NCBI GenBank assembly: GCA_030704615.1
Contig: CM060731.1
Location: forward strand, 15,314,001-15,378,000
DNA: 64,000 nucleotides
Reading direction: 5' to 3'
Origin: Takakia lepidozioides
Lineage: Eukaryota; Plantae; Bryophyta
Shown one piece after another: positions 1-11,620 of this stretch (positions are counted from its first letter, which is position 1; every line of letters starts with the position of its first letter). A program made the translations under genes and the position numbers. The notes below the pieces were generated by a model that made no database searches, had not been told where the DNA came from, and worked only from the letters and a program-made list of their open reading frames with translations.

Positions 1-23
1 TCTTTGATGACCTTCTTAAATAA

Positions 24-848
24 ATGTGTATCACAGATGAAGATGAAGCTGCAATTGTGTCATCCCCAGAACATGGTCCTCAAAATGAAGTTGGGGTCGA
101 CCCTCGCCCCCCACTACACACTGAAGCCACCGGTAGTGCCCCAATGGAGCTTAGGGGTGATGTACTTCCAGGACCGATCGACATACGCAACCCTGTTTAT
201 ACAAACGATGGTGTCGAACCCATTGTATAGTCGACGGGACGGGATCATGCCTCACCGATACGACCAGCTCCACCACAATGTCAAAACCGATCCAGCTCCC
301 CATCAACACAGCGGGCATTAAGGAGCAATAGGCTTGATCTGTTTTCCACACGTACGCATCATTCTGTTGCATTGGATCGGGCGGAAGTTGAAGCCTCGGA
401 TGATGACAATCTGTCACTACAATTCCACCTTAACTGACGTGTTGTGCAGCAGACCCGTGGTTCCTCACATGCTGGACCATCTAATGCCGGTCCATCTCGG
501 GCAAACCCCCCTCCGATACCTCCTTCGAGACCATCTTCGATTGCGTCCCAAGTCCATAAACGACAGAGAATAGTCCAACCTTTTGTAGGCGATCGGCCCA
601 CAAACAGGCCAGATACCATGGATGGTATTCAAGACCGGAGTGGGAGTCGACCTCAAAGAGAACTAAATGTGATTCAAGGTCGCTTGCAGATTCAAAGACC
701 TGGACATATGAGGTCGGATAGGGAGGACGATTCCAGCATTGATCATGGCAATGGTGGTGAAGTCGAGGGTGACCCTGATTTTCAACCCATCGGAGCATTA
801 TGATTAGGATTTTCTTCGTCCCGCCGTCGAAGCAGTAGAAGGAATTGA
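24..848 (+). pseudogene. 3' end of a degenerate element-borne ORF (disordered Pro/Ser/Arg-rich tail)
   Basis: ORFs 24-230 and 444-803 are in one frame and read through isolated stops to TGA 846-848. AATAAA follows at ~974. No recognisable domain. Confidence 0.5.
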
Positions 849-1107
849 AGTAAAACAGTTGTAGGCATACATCAGCACATTTTAGTGGACATGTTTATAT
901 TTCTGTAGTGAAGTAATACCAGTGTAATCATTGTCACTATGAGTATTTGTATTGTTGTTGTGTATGTGTTGAAAAATAAAAGATGTTGCCCATGTGTATA
1001 CCAGCCAAAATGTCGGCCAAAGGCACCGTCACTTGTGTTCGCTGATTTGCTTGTGGAATTGATAACAATTGTGTCATGCTTCCAACTGTGCATTCATTTT
1101 TATTTAA

Positions 1108-2670
1108 ATGGAGCGATCGCCAAGGTGGCGGTCATTTCTACGAGGTTTGCCCTACGCGTGGAGCGAAGAATGAGGGGGCGTCATATTACATGGCGGTCGC
1201 TTTTATTTTATTTTATTTTGGAAAATGAAGCGACCGCCATTACTGGCGGTCGCTTTTATTTTGAATTATTTTGGAAATGAAGCGACCGCCGTTACTGGCG
1301 GTCGTTTTTTTGTTTTTTGGAGGAAAATGGAGCGACCGCCATTAGGGGCGGTCGCCGCTTTTGTTGTTTTTTGTAATTGCAGCAATGGCGGTTGCTTTTA
1401 TTTAAATTTGGTTGGAAATGGAGGAACCGCCATTTGTGGCGGTCGCTTTTATTTTCATTGTTTTGAAAATGAAAATGGAGCGACCGCCAAGGTGGCGGTC
1501 ACTTCTACGAAGTGTGCCCTGCGCATGGAGCGAGGAGTGAGGCGGGGGGAGGGGGGCATATAAGCGACTCATTCTCCATTACAGGCGGTCGCTTGAATTT
1601 ATTTTTGTTTTTATAAATGCAGCGACTGCCATTATTGGGGGTCGCTATAATTGTTATTTTTTTAAAATGCAGCGACCGCCATTACTGGCGGTTTTTTTTT
1701 TTTTTTTTTTTTTGGCGAAATGGAGCGACCGCCATTTGTGGCGGTCATTTTTTTTTGTTTTTAAATGGAGCGACTGCCAAGGTGGCGGTCGCTTCTACGA
1801 GGTCTGCCTTGCGTGTGCAGCGAGGAATGGGGGGGGGGCATATAAGCTCCTCCCCTCACTTCCATTACTGGCACTTTTTGTTTTTACAAAATGCAGCAAC
1901 CGCCATTACTGACGTTCGCTTTTATTTTTTTATTTTTGGAAATGAGGCGACCGCCATTACTGGCATGGGTCGTTTTTATTTTAATTATTTTGGAAATGAA
2001 GCGCCGTCACTACTGGCGGTCGCTTTTATTTTAATTATTTTGGAAATGAAGCAACCGCCGATACTGGCGGTCGTTTTTTTTTTTTTTTTGGAGGAAAATG
2101 GAGCGACCGCCATTAGGGGCGGTCGCTGCTATTGTTGTTTTTGGTAATTGCAGCAACCGCCATTAGTGGCGGTCGCTTTTATTTAAATTTGGTTGGAAAT
2201 GAAGCGACCGCCATTTGTGACGGTCGTTTTTATTTTAATTGTTTTGAAAATAAAAATGAAGCGACCACCATTACTGACGGTCGCTTTTATTGAAATATTT
2301 TTGAAAATGAAGCGACCGCCATTACGGGCGGTCGCCGCAATTGTTTTGTTTTTTGTAGTGGCAGTCGCTTTTATTAAAAATTTGTTGGAAATGGAGCGAC
2401 CGCCATGACTGGCGGTCGCTTTTATTTTATTATGAAGCAACCGCTATTACTGGCAGTCGTCTCAATTCTTAATGTCTCCGTAAATGTAGCGATTGCCTAT
2501 GTTGGCGGTTGCTTATTTATTCCATTTTCGGAAAATGGAGCGACCGCCAAGTTGGCGGTCGCTTCTAGAAGATTCGCCTTGCACGTGGCCCGAGGAATGA
2601 GGGGGGGGGGAGATATAAGCCAAGGGAGGCTCATTCTCCCCTCACTTCCTCTCCACACAACTTCTGTGTG
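1108..2670. repeat. Array of GCGACCGCC-N(3-7)-GGCGGTCGC palindromes with A/T-tract spacers, plus four copies of a promoter-like module
   Basis: Roughly 30 palindromes about every 40-50 bp. Module GGTGGCGGTCGCTTCTA..GCC.TGCG.GTGGAGCGAGGAATGAGGGGG..TATAAGC..CTCATTCTCC at ~1123, 1491, 1781 and 2551; the last copy lies just upstream of the RING gene. Confidence 0.9.
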
Positions 2671-2933
2671 CGTGACATTTCATTACTCCACGGCACGTAG
2701 TCACGTGGAGAAGGAGACCATTGGTTGGGTGTGGGATATTTTTTTGCCGCGATTTATGTGAGGTCGTTGCAGAATGCTCCTATAGGCCCTCCTCTGGATT
2801 CTAGGATCATTTTATTCTACAAGATTAGCTTTTAGGAACTATTTTGACACCTACTCAAACTAGTTTAGGGTGAAGGGTTTAGAGTTACATCTTATTAGTA
2901 AACCTCATTTAGTGTTGCTCCGATTGTTGCAGA

Positions 2934-5261
2934 ATGGCAGAGGGCCAGGACGATGACCGTCAAGGAAGATATGACCCCAATGAACATGGACCGCCCCCTA
3001 AGAAAATCAAATGGCAAGGCAAGACTTGAATTGGGGAGTATATGATGACCCTAGTATACTAGCAGAAGAGGGTTGGGATGATGTTTCGGAAGAGTTCAGG
3101 TGGCATGTAAAAAATTCGTGAAATGGTACCACATCAATCGATCGTGGCCTTTGGATAGGCATGACGTGCAAACCCGAAACAATTACGCAGAGTCCAGGTC
3201 TTGCACGAACTTGCATTTCCAGCATAGGACGAATGAGGTGCATTGCACATTGTGGGGTCAACCTCTCTTAAAGGGCCAAATCCCGTACACTTTGGCAGTC
3301 ATGTTGTACGTGGAGATCATACTCTTGCGTCCAGTGAATTGGCAAACTGCTAGTAGGAGGAACGCAAGGTTACTATACGATTTGGAGTACATCCCAGACA
3401 CGTTCGGAATACAACCGGCCACAACATTAGAGGAACAATTGGCGGAAAGAGACCAGCGAATCAGGACCCTGCAGGACCGACTAGACTGGCAAATACTCCG
3501 CATAGCCGAGTTGGAAGCTAGATTGCAAGACATGCCTCCAAACAATGAAGGCATTGTTGTCCACAATGAGGATCGAACAAACGTCGTGGATATGCACGCG
3601 GAGTTTGCGATGCCCGATCGCAGTATTGACCTCATCATTCACGAAATTACGGACGTCATTGACCCTGTGGCCGATGAAACCATGGTTGAGGAACAGCGAA
3701 TTGTGGATGAGAGAAGGAGGAAAGAAAAAAAAACCAGTACTGGAAACCGGGGAATGCTCGAGGGTCGTCATTCAATCCGAGATGAAACCGATATTAGATG
3801 TCGACCGCGTTACAAAAGAGCGGGACATTGCCATGACAATTGCATGGCGCTTGTCCAAAACGCTGGAGATTCGAGCATGGGTCCCATTGAATGACGATTG
3901 GGAGAATTGGGTACAATGGGCGACCCATTTGGCCTCCAGAGAAGCATGGGTAGAGTGGGCACTGTCAGGCTTGCAACGTGTCGCACGCATGTCGAACCGT
4001 AGCGTGGATAACATTTATGTCAACTGCAAAGGTATAACGATCTCCGTATCGCATCAAGCGTGTTCGCCGGGTATACCAATTGGGCAGATGTGGATTCTAT
4101 GTTCGATCGATGTGAGCACATAATTTCGGGGTCGAACAGAAACATAAACTGGGAATTGGAGATAAAGGAAGAGTGGGACACCACAACAAGGATGACCAGC
4201 CACATCAAACCGGCCCAGAGGGAGGAGATACCACGAGATGTTTTGCCGTCATGGATATCAGATGACACAGTTTGTTCAATGTGTAGGAATCCATATGGCC
4301 CAGAGGGATGTCATGTGCTTGGATCATGTGGACATATGTTCCATCTTACATGTCTTATCCCGCAAGCCTTGCGGACGAGCGCTTGCCTAGAATGTCGTAC
4401 ACCAATCCATCGCCGTTTCTATGAGCTGGTGGGCTTGGAGGATCGGATGCCCATAGGTTTTGAATACAATCGACACAACCTCCCATTGGATGGGCTACCA
4501 TACACATTTCTGAATTGTGTGCATTGGGGCAAGAACTTGGTATGGGATGCAGACAGAGAGATGCATGACATACATGTCGGAAACCCGGCATACATCAAAG
4601 ATCCCCAGTATTTATGGGTCACATCTGACTGGGAGTTAACCATACGTACGGGAGACATTCGAGATTGATGGGAGAGAGAGCAGTTTTGCCACAATCTGGG
4701 AGGGCATTGGAGTCAATGAATGTCCAGGTTTATCCGGCTCCCACAGGTTCCATGGGTGCCGGAGGAGAACGAATTGTATGACCGACAACCGATTGGGAGA
4801 CATTTGTTGCTGTCCGAACTGGAAGATGTTATAATATGTCAACGCCGAATGAATGATGCGTACGAGGCGGCTTATTGTCAAAACGACACAATGATTAGGC
4901 ACAGGACCCGCAAAAGGCAGTTGAAAAGTTTCAAACGTACCATCAAGGCAGTTGTAGAGAAATGGAGGCGACTATGGACAGACCGTTATCATCGTGTTTC
5001 GGGGGCTCTATTGCCGGATGTGGACGGCCTTGTTGCCGATTTGCATGCAGCCCGAGCACTTGCTCTCGATCCACCTCCGCACGTCGTGAGAGTGAAGAAG
5101 AAAGTCAACTTTCACCGCGAAGTAGGCGGATGCAGGCCAGAATTGATCACATGTCATTAGGCCCCTCATTGACCATGAGATCACGGTCGCAAGCTCTGGC
5201 AATTAGCAGTGCAAATCAGGCCACAACATCAAATTCTTTGTCCTCGGACAGTGACGACTAG
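2934..5261 (+). pseudogene. Element-borne RING-H2 zinc-finger protein (putative E3 ligase), frameshifted
   Basis: CSMC-x14-CGHMFHLTC-x10-CLEC (C3H2C3) at ~4273-4395. Coiled coil LEEQLAERDQRIRTLQDRL at ~3430-3530. Coding signal continues over ORFs 3100-3894, 3545-4123, 4060-4668, 4720-5160 and 4962-5261 via frameshifts and stops. Candidate ATG at 2934 after a TTGCAG acceptor-like site. Confidence 0.75.
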
Positions 5262-5709
5262 GCTTTTAATGACTGGCAGTGTAGTACATATACAGTATGC
5301 ATTTTTGTTGTACCTTGAATATTGTTGGAAAACACAGTGATGGCATTCCGCCAATTTTGTATATCACCAATTTTGTTAATACACAATGCACATGTGCGGC
5401 ACCTGCCAATTTCAATTGCATGAGCAGCGTTTTTTTCACATTTACACTCGTGTGATGGGGAAGAAGTAGTTCACCCTGTAAACAAATTTACAATGGTGTC
5501 ATATTTGGTCATGACGTGTATATGGGTATTTGCAATGAACTCCGAAAGCTGGAGAACAAAGAAAATTGATGTTAAGCAATAAGTTATAACGAGTTACGAA
5601 CGGTCATCTTCCAAACAAATTTCGCCTGGTCCCTGCGTATTTCATAATCATTTCGCAAAATCTATGATCTTTCTACGAACATACCCACAAAGTTCTCAAA
5701 GCACAAAAT

Positions 5710-7130
5710 AATTTCGATTGATCTTATGTTACACTGGGACGTATCAAATGGTACATTGCACACACTGGCCAGGTTTCAAAGCAAACGAAAATCATTTCGA
5801 TGGGCAACCATCCGTTGGCCTATTGAACGAATTTCAATTGATCTCATAATACTCTGGGGCCTCTTACATGGCACATTGAACATAGTGGCCAAGTCTCAAA
5901 GCGAACCAAAATCATTTCGATGGCCAACCATCCGCTGAGCCATCGAATGAATTTCGATTGATCTCATATTAGTCCGGGACCTGTGAGATGGTGTCTTAAA
6001 TGTACTGGCAAAGTTTGGAAACAAACAAAAATGATTTGGATGAGCAACCCATTGAATGTATTCCGTTGGATCTACTATTGCTTTGGGACCTGTTGGCCTA
6101 TGTTTCGCGTGCTCATGATTTTTTTTTTCATTCTGTTTTTGAATGGGGTGTGTAGTGTAGCCATATGCAACGTGCGTGCCAAATTTGGGAGCGATCAAAA
6201 ATTCATTTGGACCCAAAACCACAGTTTCTTCCCTGTTTTGCACTCCAAACTTGATTTGTGTTCTATTTCATGCGCTCTTCATAGAGAGTTCTGCAATAGT
6301 GAGTGAAGAGAACATTTTTTTTTGGGGGCATTTTTTGTTGGTCCAAATTTTGGCGGGGAAGTAGCGGTGGGATGCTGGAAGCCGCAGAACAAAATTGAAC
6401 CAAAAACAAAATCGATACGTGTCAGAAATCCCCAATGAAAGGCAGTGCAAACCTATTTATTGGCTTAAAATAAATTTAAGTTCAATTAAATTGTCGAATG
6501 GCTTGAGGGGGGAGCGCATCGATGGGGAGGCAAATGATTTATTTGTCTGTTGTGTCTCTGCACATGTGTCGCACACATGTTCAAGCACATGCGGGCAAAA
6601 GAGGGGCTTCAACCACATCCGTTCAATGGGTGCAATAGCCGTGCACGCATTGTAGGATTTTTTTTTCGCATTGAACAAAAACCAGATGACAAGTGAACGC
6701 CTCATTGGACAATTGAATGAATTTTGATTGATCTCGTATTACTCTGGGACGTATCAGAGGATACATTGAACACACTGGCCAAGTCTCAAAGCGAACGAAA
6801 ATCATTTGGATGGGCAACCATCCGTTGGCCCATTGAACGAATTTCGATTGATCTCATATTACTTTGGGGCCTCTTACGTGGCACATTGAACGTGGCCAAC
6901 TCTCAAAGCGAACCAAAATCATTTTGATGGCCAACCATCCGTTGAACAATTGAATGAATTTCGATTGATCTCATAGTAGTCATGGACCCGATACATGGTA
7001 TGTTGAACATAGTGGCAAGATTGAAAGCAAACGAAAATCATTTGGATGGGCAACCATTCAATCGCCCATTGAATGAATGGGGTTTCGTGACTCGTCTTCG
7101 ATTATACTGGGACCTGTTACATGGTATGCC
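5710..7130. repeat. ~120-bp tandem repeats in two blocks of three (5710-6070 and 6720-7130)
   Basis: Unit AATTTCGATTGATCTCATATTAC..GGGAC..GGCACATTGAAC..TGGCCAAGTCTCAAAGCGAAC.AAAATCATTT.GATGG.CAACCATCCGTTGGCCCATTGAACG recurs at ~5710, 5830, 5950, 6720, 6840 and 6957. Confidence 0.85.
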
Positions 7131-7132
7131 CT

Positions 7133-8925
7133 TTGAAGCTCTTTTTGTAGTGTCTCGTGCCTCGTAATGCGGTGCTTCTCCATGTCCACTTTATCCAATA
7201 TGTTGATATTCTCCACCTAGAACAGATCCACACATGTGTGCAGAAATCCTTAAAAAGCAAATGACCATCTCCACTTTTGTAAGCCTCATCCCCAGCTTCC
7301 AGTTTTGATGGTCATTTGGTTTTTTAAGTCTTTATATACGTGGATATGTGGATATGTTCCAAATGGAAGATATTAATATTGGAAAAATAAGAGTTGGAGA
7401 AGCACCTCATTACGAAGCAAGAGACATTACAGAAGACCTCAACATGTTGAACATCTGGATGAAGAACCTTGCCCATCGTCGCTTCAAAGTTCTAGCGCTT
7501 CTGAAATGATCACATGTTTGTTGGTGGAAGCAGATCTCGTAGGCCACATTGATCTCGTACCCATCGAAGACTCCCGTAGGCCACATGGAACGATTCATGT
7601 GATACATTTTCACAAATGCGATGTGATACATTTGTGAAATGGTATCACATCAACTGTTTAATGTGGCCAATACACCTCTTCCGCACCATGGCGGAAATCT
7701 TCGCCACTTGAAATGGTCCCGATACCAGTATTGCGGTGAGTTCATGGCGATTGGAGGTAGGTATGAGTATATGTTAGTGCAGCTAGTTATACCCTGTACT
7801 ATAATTTGGTTAATTCAAGGCTCCACGTTGCAATTTAGACTTCATTTGTTGTTTCGTGCTACTTTAGGTTACCTTTGCCTAGTGTTTCACGGCTTGGATT
7901 AAAATTAGCTATGTGCTAAATGACATTTATTTCTATGTATGGTGAGATGTAGAAATAATCCGTGCAAACAATCTCAAGAATCATATGTACTGCAAGGTGT
8001 TTCATACTGCCGATGTTCATGTAGCTGAATTCTTTAGGAATCGTTTTGCTACTCCCATGCCAACAACATCAGGTCCACTGTGACTGTCATATTCCGAATT
8101 CCGTATCAGCCACCACGGACATGAAACCAGGAACTTCGCACGGGCCATGGCTGCAGCCTGCAAGCTGGCCGGGGTGGCTGATACGTCCGTTTGAACATGA
8201 CAGTTTCAGAGGACGTTGGCATGGGAATAGCAAAAAGAGTACTACAGAATTCAGCTAGAGGAACAACAATAGCATGAAACACCTTACCGTAAATATGATT
8301 GTTAACATTGGTTGTGACAACTCTAATCAATAGAGAACTCGCACCATCAGTTGCGCTCCAGCAGCAGTACCGGTCCCCCGAGTAAATAAAATTCTGTTGT
8401 AAATAATAAATTGCATACGCTCGAACCTCACAAATGTCATTTCACCAAACCGGCCATGTATTATGGCACTGTTTGTAACTTCGAATGTTTCAATGTTTCT
8501 GACAGGGTACTGAAAAAATGATATATTGGCTCCATATGAGTTAGACAACAACTATTTCATATCTCATTCAACTGTGCGACACTATCATGAGTGACATGGA
8601 TCAAAAAGTAATAGGTGTACATGCGACCTCCGCACGTTCAAGTAGACCATTTGCTGGACCTAGTATCAAACGTTCGGATGTCGCATGTGTACCTATTACT
8701 TTTCGATCCATGTCTCTCATGGTAGTGTCGCACAGTTGAATGAGATGTGAGACGTTTATTGTCTAACTCCTACGGAACTAATACATCGTTTTCTCATAAC
8801 CCTATCCAAAACCTTGGAACATTACAAATATAAACAGTGAGCCAGTACACAAACCATTTATGTTGCAATGACATGTGTCAGGGTCGAGCATATGCAATGT
8901 AGTATTTACAATGGGACTTTATTTA
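7133..8925. ncRNA. Cluster of long imperfect fold-back hairpins (candidate polycistronic pre-miRNA/hpRNA locus)
   Basis: Inverted repeats at 7133-7442 (~135-bp arms), 7579-7668, 7771-7925 (weak), 7979-8300 (~140-bp arms) and 8383-8925 (~255-bp arms, ~30-nt loop), plus a possible weak stem at 7670-7763. The arms are unrelated to each other. The structure is directly visible; RNA expression is not shown. Confidence 0.55.
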
Positions 8926-9001
8926 TTACATGCACGATCAAAATTGAGTTATATCTTCATAAAAGAACCCTTGTACCGCCACAAATCTCATATCTACGAG
9001 A

Positions 9002-10469
9002 CTATGGTCTACTCCGTCCTATATACGTCGTTGGCTCAGGCCAATTGAATGGCTTGCCCATGAACCAAAATACTACATGGGCTAATGTGACTCTCTCATT
9101 CTTGTTGTTGTCGTACAACCTTTGTAACATTGAATGCCAACAACCTCCCGTAAATTGGTCCTCGAACATACTTTGATCATAATAAGCGCCGCCATTTATT
9201 TGTACCGCTATCTTCCCAACAGCAAAGGCCTCCGACGTCATGTCCTGGGAGGGGGGCATGGCATTCGCATTGAAAACCGATGCAATATCTTTTTCCACCC
9301 ACCATCTTTTCGCGAGTTCCTGGTCCAGCTTGTCCTGATTTTCAAACTGGTACGGCGAGGCTTTGCGTATGCCCAATGGGGTGGCTAAGCCCCAATCACA
9401 CACCCCAATCTTGATCTCCTCGGTGCCATCTGGAAAATGCAACAAGATGTTGTCGGGGGACAAGTCGTTGTGTATGACACCATTTTTGTGGACATCATCC
9501 ACGATGCACACCAGTGCCCATGCAAGTTTACTGCGCACTTTCCGGAAATGAAGCAAACGAGCGCATTCCTGGAACTCTGCTTCCGTTCCCATTTGTTCCA
9601 AAATCACTCTGTTGTCCGAATCGTTGCTTCATTTTCTGTCAAGGTTCTTCATGTCGCGTATTGTCCCCCCCATTCCACCATCGAGTGTAACCCTCTACCT
9701 CACGTGCATTCACAGCAAAATATGAGATAACACCCGGATGCTGGAACTTCACTGCCAAACACTCGTCGATATGTTGTCTCAACGCCTTTTCTGGATTTTT
9801 GGACTTGGGTTTTTTTCCCGCTAGCTCCCAACGCTCCAGTATTCTAGAATCGTCAACAATCCTACACTGACGGTCCTTAGCATACCCTCCTTCTTTGTAA
9901 AGACCAATCTCTACCACCTTCGCAGTAGAGTTCAGGTAATAAAGACCAGTTGTGCCTCCCCCGCCCGATAACCCCGCCTTCCAAGGGACAATCCTAGTCC
10001 GACGATGTGAATTCTGACTTGTCGAGCAAGCCCAATACTCAACACGCCGCATTAACTCAGCTTCGGCGGAAGGCACTCGACCATTGGTTGCTCTACCCTT
10101 CCATGTCTTCATTAGCTGCCTCAAATTCCACGTGGCGTTTTTCGCCTTGCTTTGGATCCACCGATTGAACTTTGGCTTGTCCCTGTCCGCCGTCCACTTA
10201 GCCCCCGCCAAAGCGTTTATCATTTTCCTCTCCATATTTTGCTGGAAAATCTGAAACCCCTCCCATCCATGCCTGATATAAGCACTCTCCAGCCTCATCA
10301 TGTTCCTACCCTTGAAATAATCCACTACCACTTCTTTCACCCTATCCAAGGCATCCAGTCCCGGGTAGTCTGACTTGTTGACCTGGCTATCCCGCTCGTG
10401 GGCACGTTTTCTCTTCCTCCGACCCCCATATGACCTTGCCCCAACACTTGAATTCACAACCCTCGACAT
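9002..10469 (-). pseudogene. Element-borne protein kinase (eukaryotic protein kinase fold), frameshifted
   Basis: N-lobe GLYKEGGYA..LAGKK..DECL..HPGVI in ORF 9639-10469. Catalytic loop HNDLSPDNIL and DWGLA (DFG equivalent) in ORF 9002-9607. The two join via a 1-bp loss in the G-run at ~9665 and one stop. N-terminal RKRKR NLS-like patch. Confidence 0.8.
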
Positions 10470-10789
10470 TGTATAAACCTTTGCCCACTACAGGGTCCAA
10501 AACCTCAGAAAACGGCAATGAATGCGTGTGGATGGTGTCTTCGTAGTTTATTGCAAAAAAACAGGCCGCCGGAGATCCGAAAACGGCAAAATGGTAATAC
10601 GATGATTGAACCGTGAACAAGTGTATAGGACTGACCAATACAAAACCGACAAAACCTCCCCCCCCCCAAATAATCACCTTTGCACCTCCCGTTGGCAGTG
10701 CCAAGCAACGAAGTCCGAAAGGACTACCGGATGCCAAGGAACCGCACCACAAGAGGGGCAAAAGTGATCAGAAAAGGAGGGGGGAATGG

Positions 10790-10797
10790 TTTATATA
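10790..10797 (-). promoter_or_regulatory. TATA box of the kinase gene
   Basis: GCCTATATAAACC on the minus strand ~320 bp upstream of the ATG at 10469 and downstream of the palindrome array. Confidence 0.5.
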
Positions 10798-11059
10798 GGC
10801 GCCCACCAGACCCCCCCCAAAAAAAAAAAAGGGCATTATGCTTGAAAAGGCGCGACAGGCCAGTGGCGCCTCGCCACGCGCACCCACATGGGAGAGGTCA
10901 AAGGTTTAAAACCACCTCCCCCCATCCCATTTGTTTCGTTTTTCCTGACCCGTGGCACCTCGCCATGTGGCTAGCCAGACGCCGCTTCATGATTAAAAAA
11001 TTAAAAACGAAACGCCACACGGCGGGTCCCTGGATTTCTAAGAAAAAAAAAACACGCGA

Positions 11060-11620
11060 CTGCCACATGGCGGTCGCTATATTTATAAAAACAAGAAGAG
11101 CGACCGCCAAATGGCGGTCACCGCTTTTTTTTTAAAAAAAATATTAAATAAGCGACCGCCTACTGGCGGTCGCTTAATTTGGCGATTCAAAATATAAATA
11201 AGCGACCGCCGCTAAATGGCGGTCGCTTCATTTTGAGAAATATATTACGTAAGTGACCGCCAAACGGCGGTCGCTTAATTTAAGAATGAAAATCAAATCG
11301 AGCGACCGCCTCCAAATGGCGGTCGCTGCATTTTTCAAAAATTAACTGAAGAAGCGACCGCCAAACGGCGTTCGCTTTATTCAAGAATAAAAATAAAAAT
11401 AAGCGACCGCTGCTAAATGGCCGTCGCTAAATTGAAAATATATATATAGCAGAATATATCAAAGATATTATAATAATAATATAATAAAGTGCGAGCGACC
11501 GCCAATCTGGGCGGTCGTTTCATTTAAAACATCATAAACTTCAACCGACCGCCAATATAGGCGGTTGCTTTTATTTTTAAAATAATAAATTATATGCGAC
11601 CGCCAATATAGGCAGACACA
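11060..11620. repeat. Subterminal GCGACCGCC palindrome array
   Basis: About a dozen palindromes separated by A/T tracts between the kinase promoter and the right TIR. Confidence 0.9.

Noticed and set aside
1108-2670. CRISPR-like appearance of regularly spaced palindromic repeats (also 11060-11620 and 22660-25850)
   Set aside because: Spacers are low-complexity A/T tracts that themselves repeat, unit length varies, no cas genes are present and the context is eukaryotic.
939-2761. ORFs such as MKRPPLLAVAF.. in the palindrome arrays (also 22528-25004)
   Set aside because: Translations of the repeat motif with no coding signature.
7395-7415. TGGAGAAGCA matches the first 10 nt of miR164
   Set aside because: The remaining 11 nt diverge, so it cannot be called miR164.
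7133-8925. Assigning a transcribed strand to the hairpins from G:U bias
   Set aside because: Wobble-compatible mismatches occur on both strands and may reflect methylation-driven decay.
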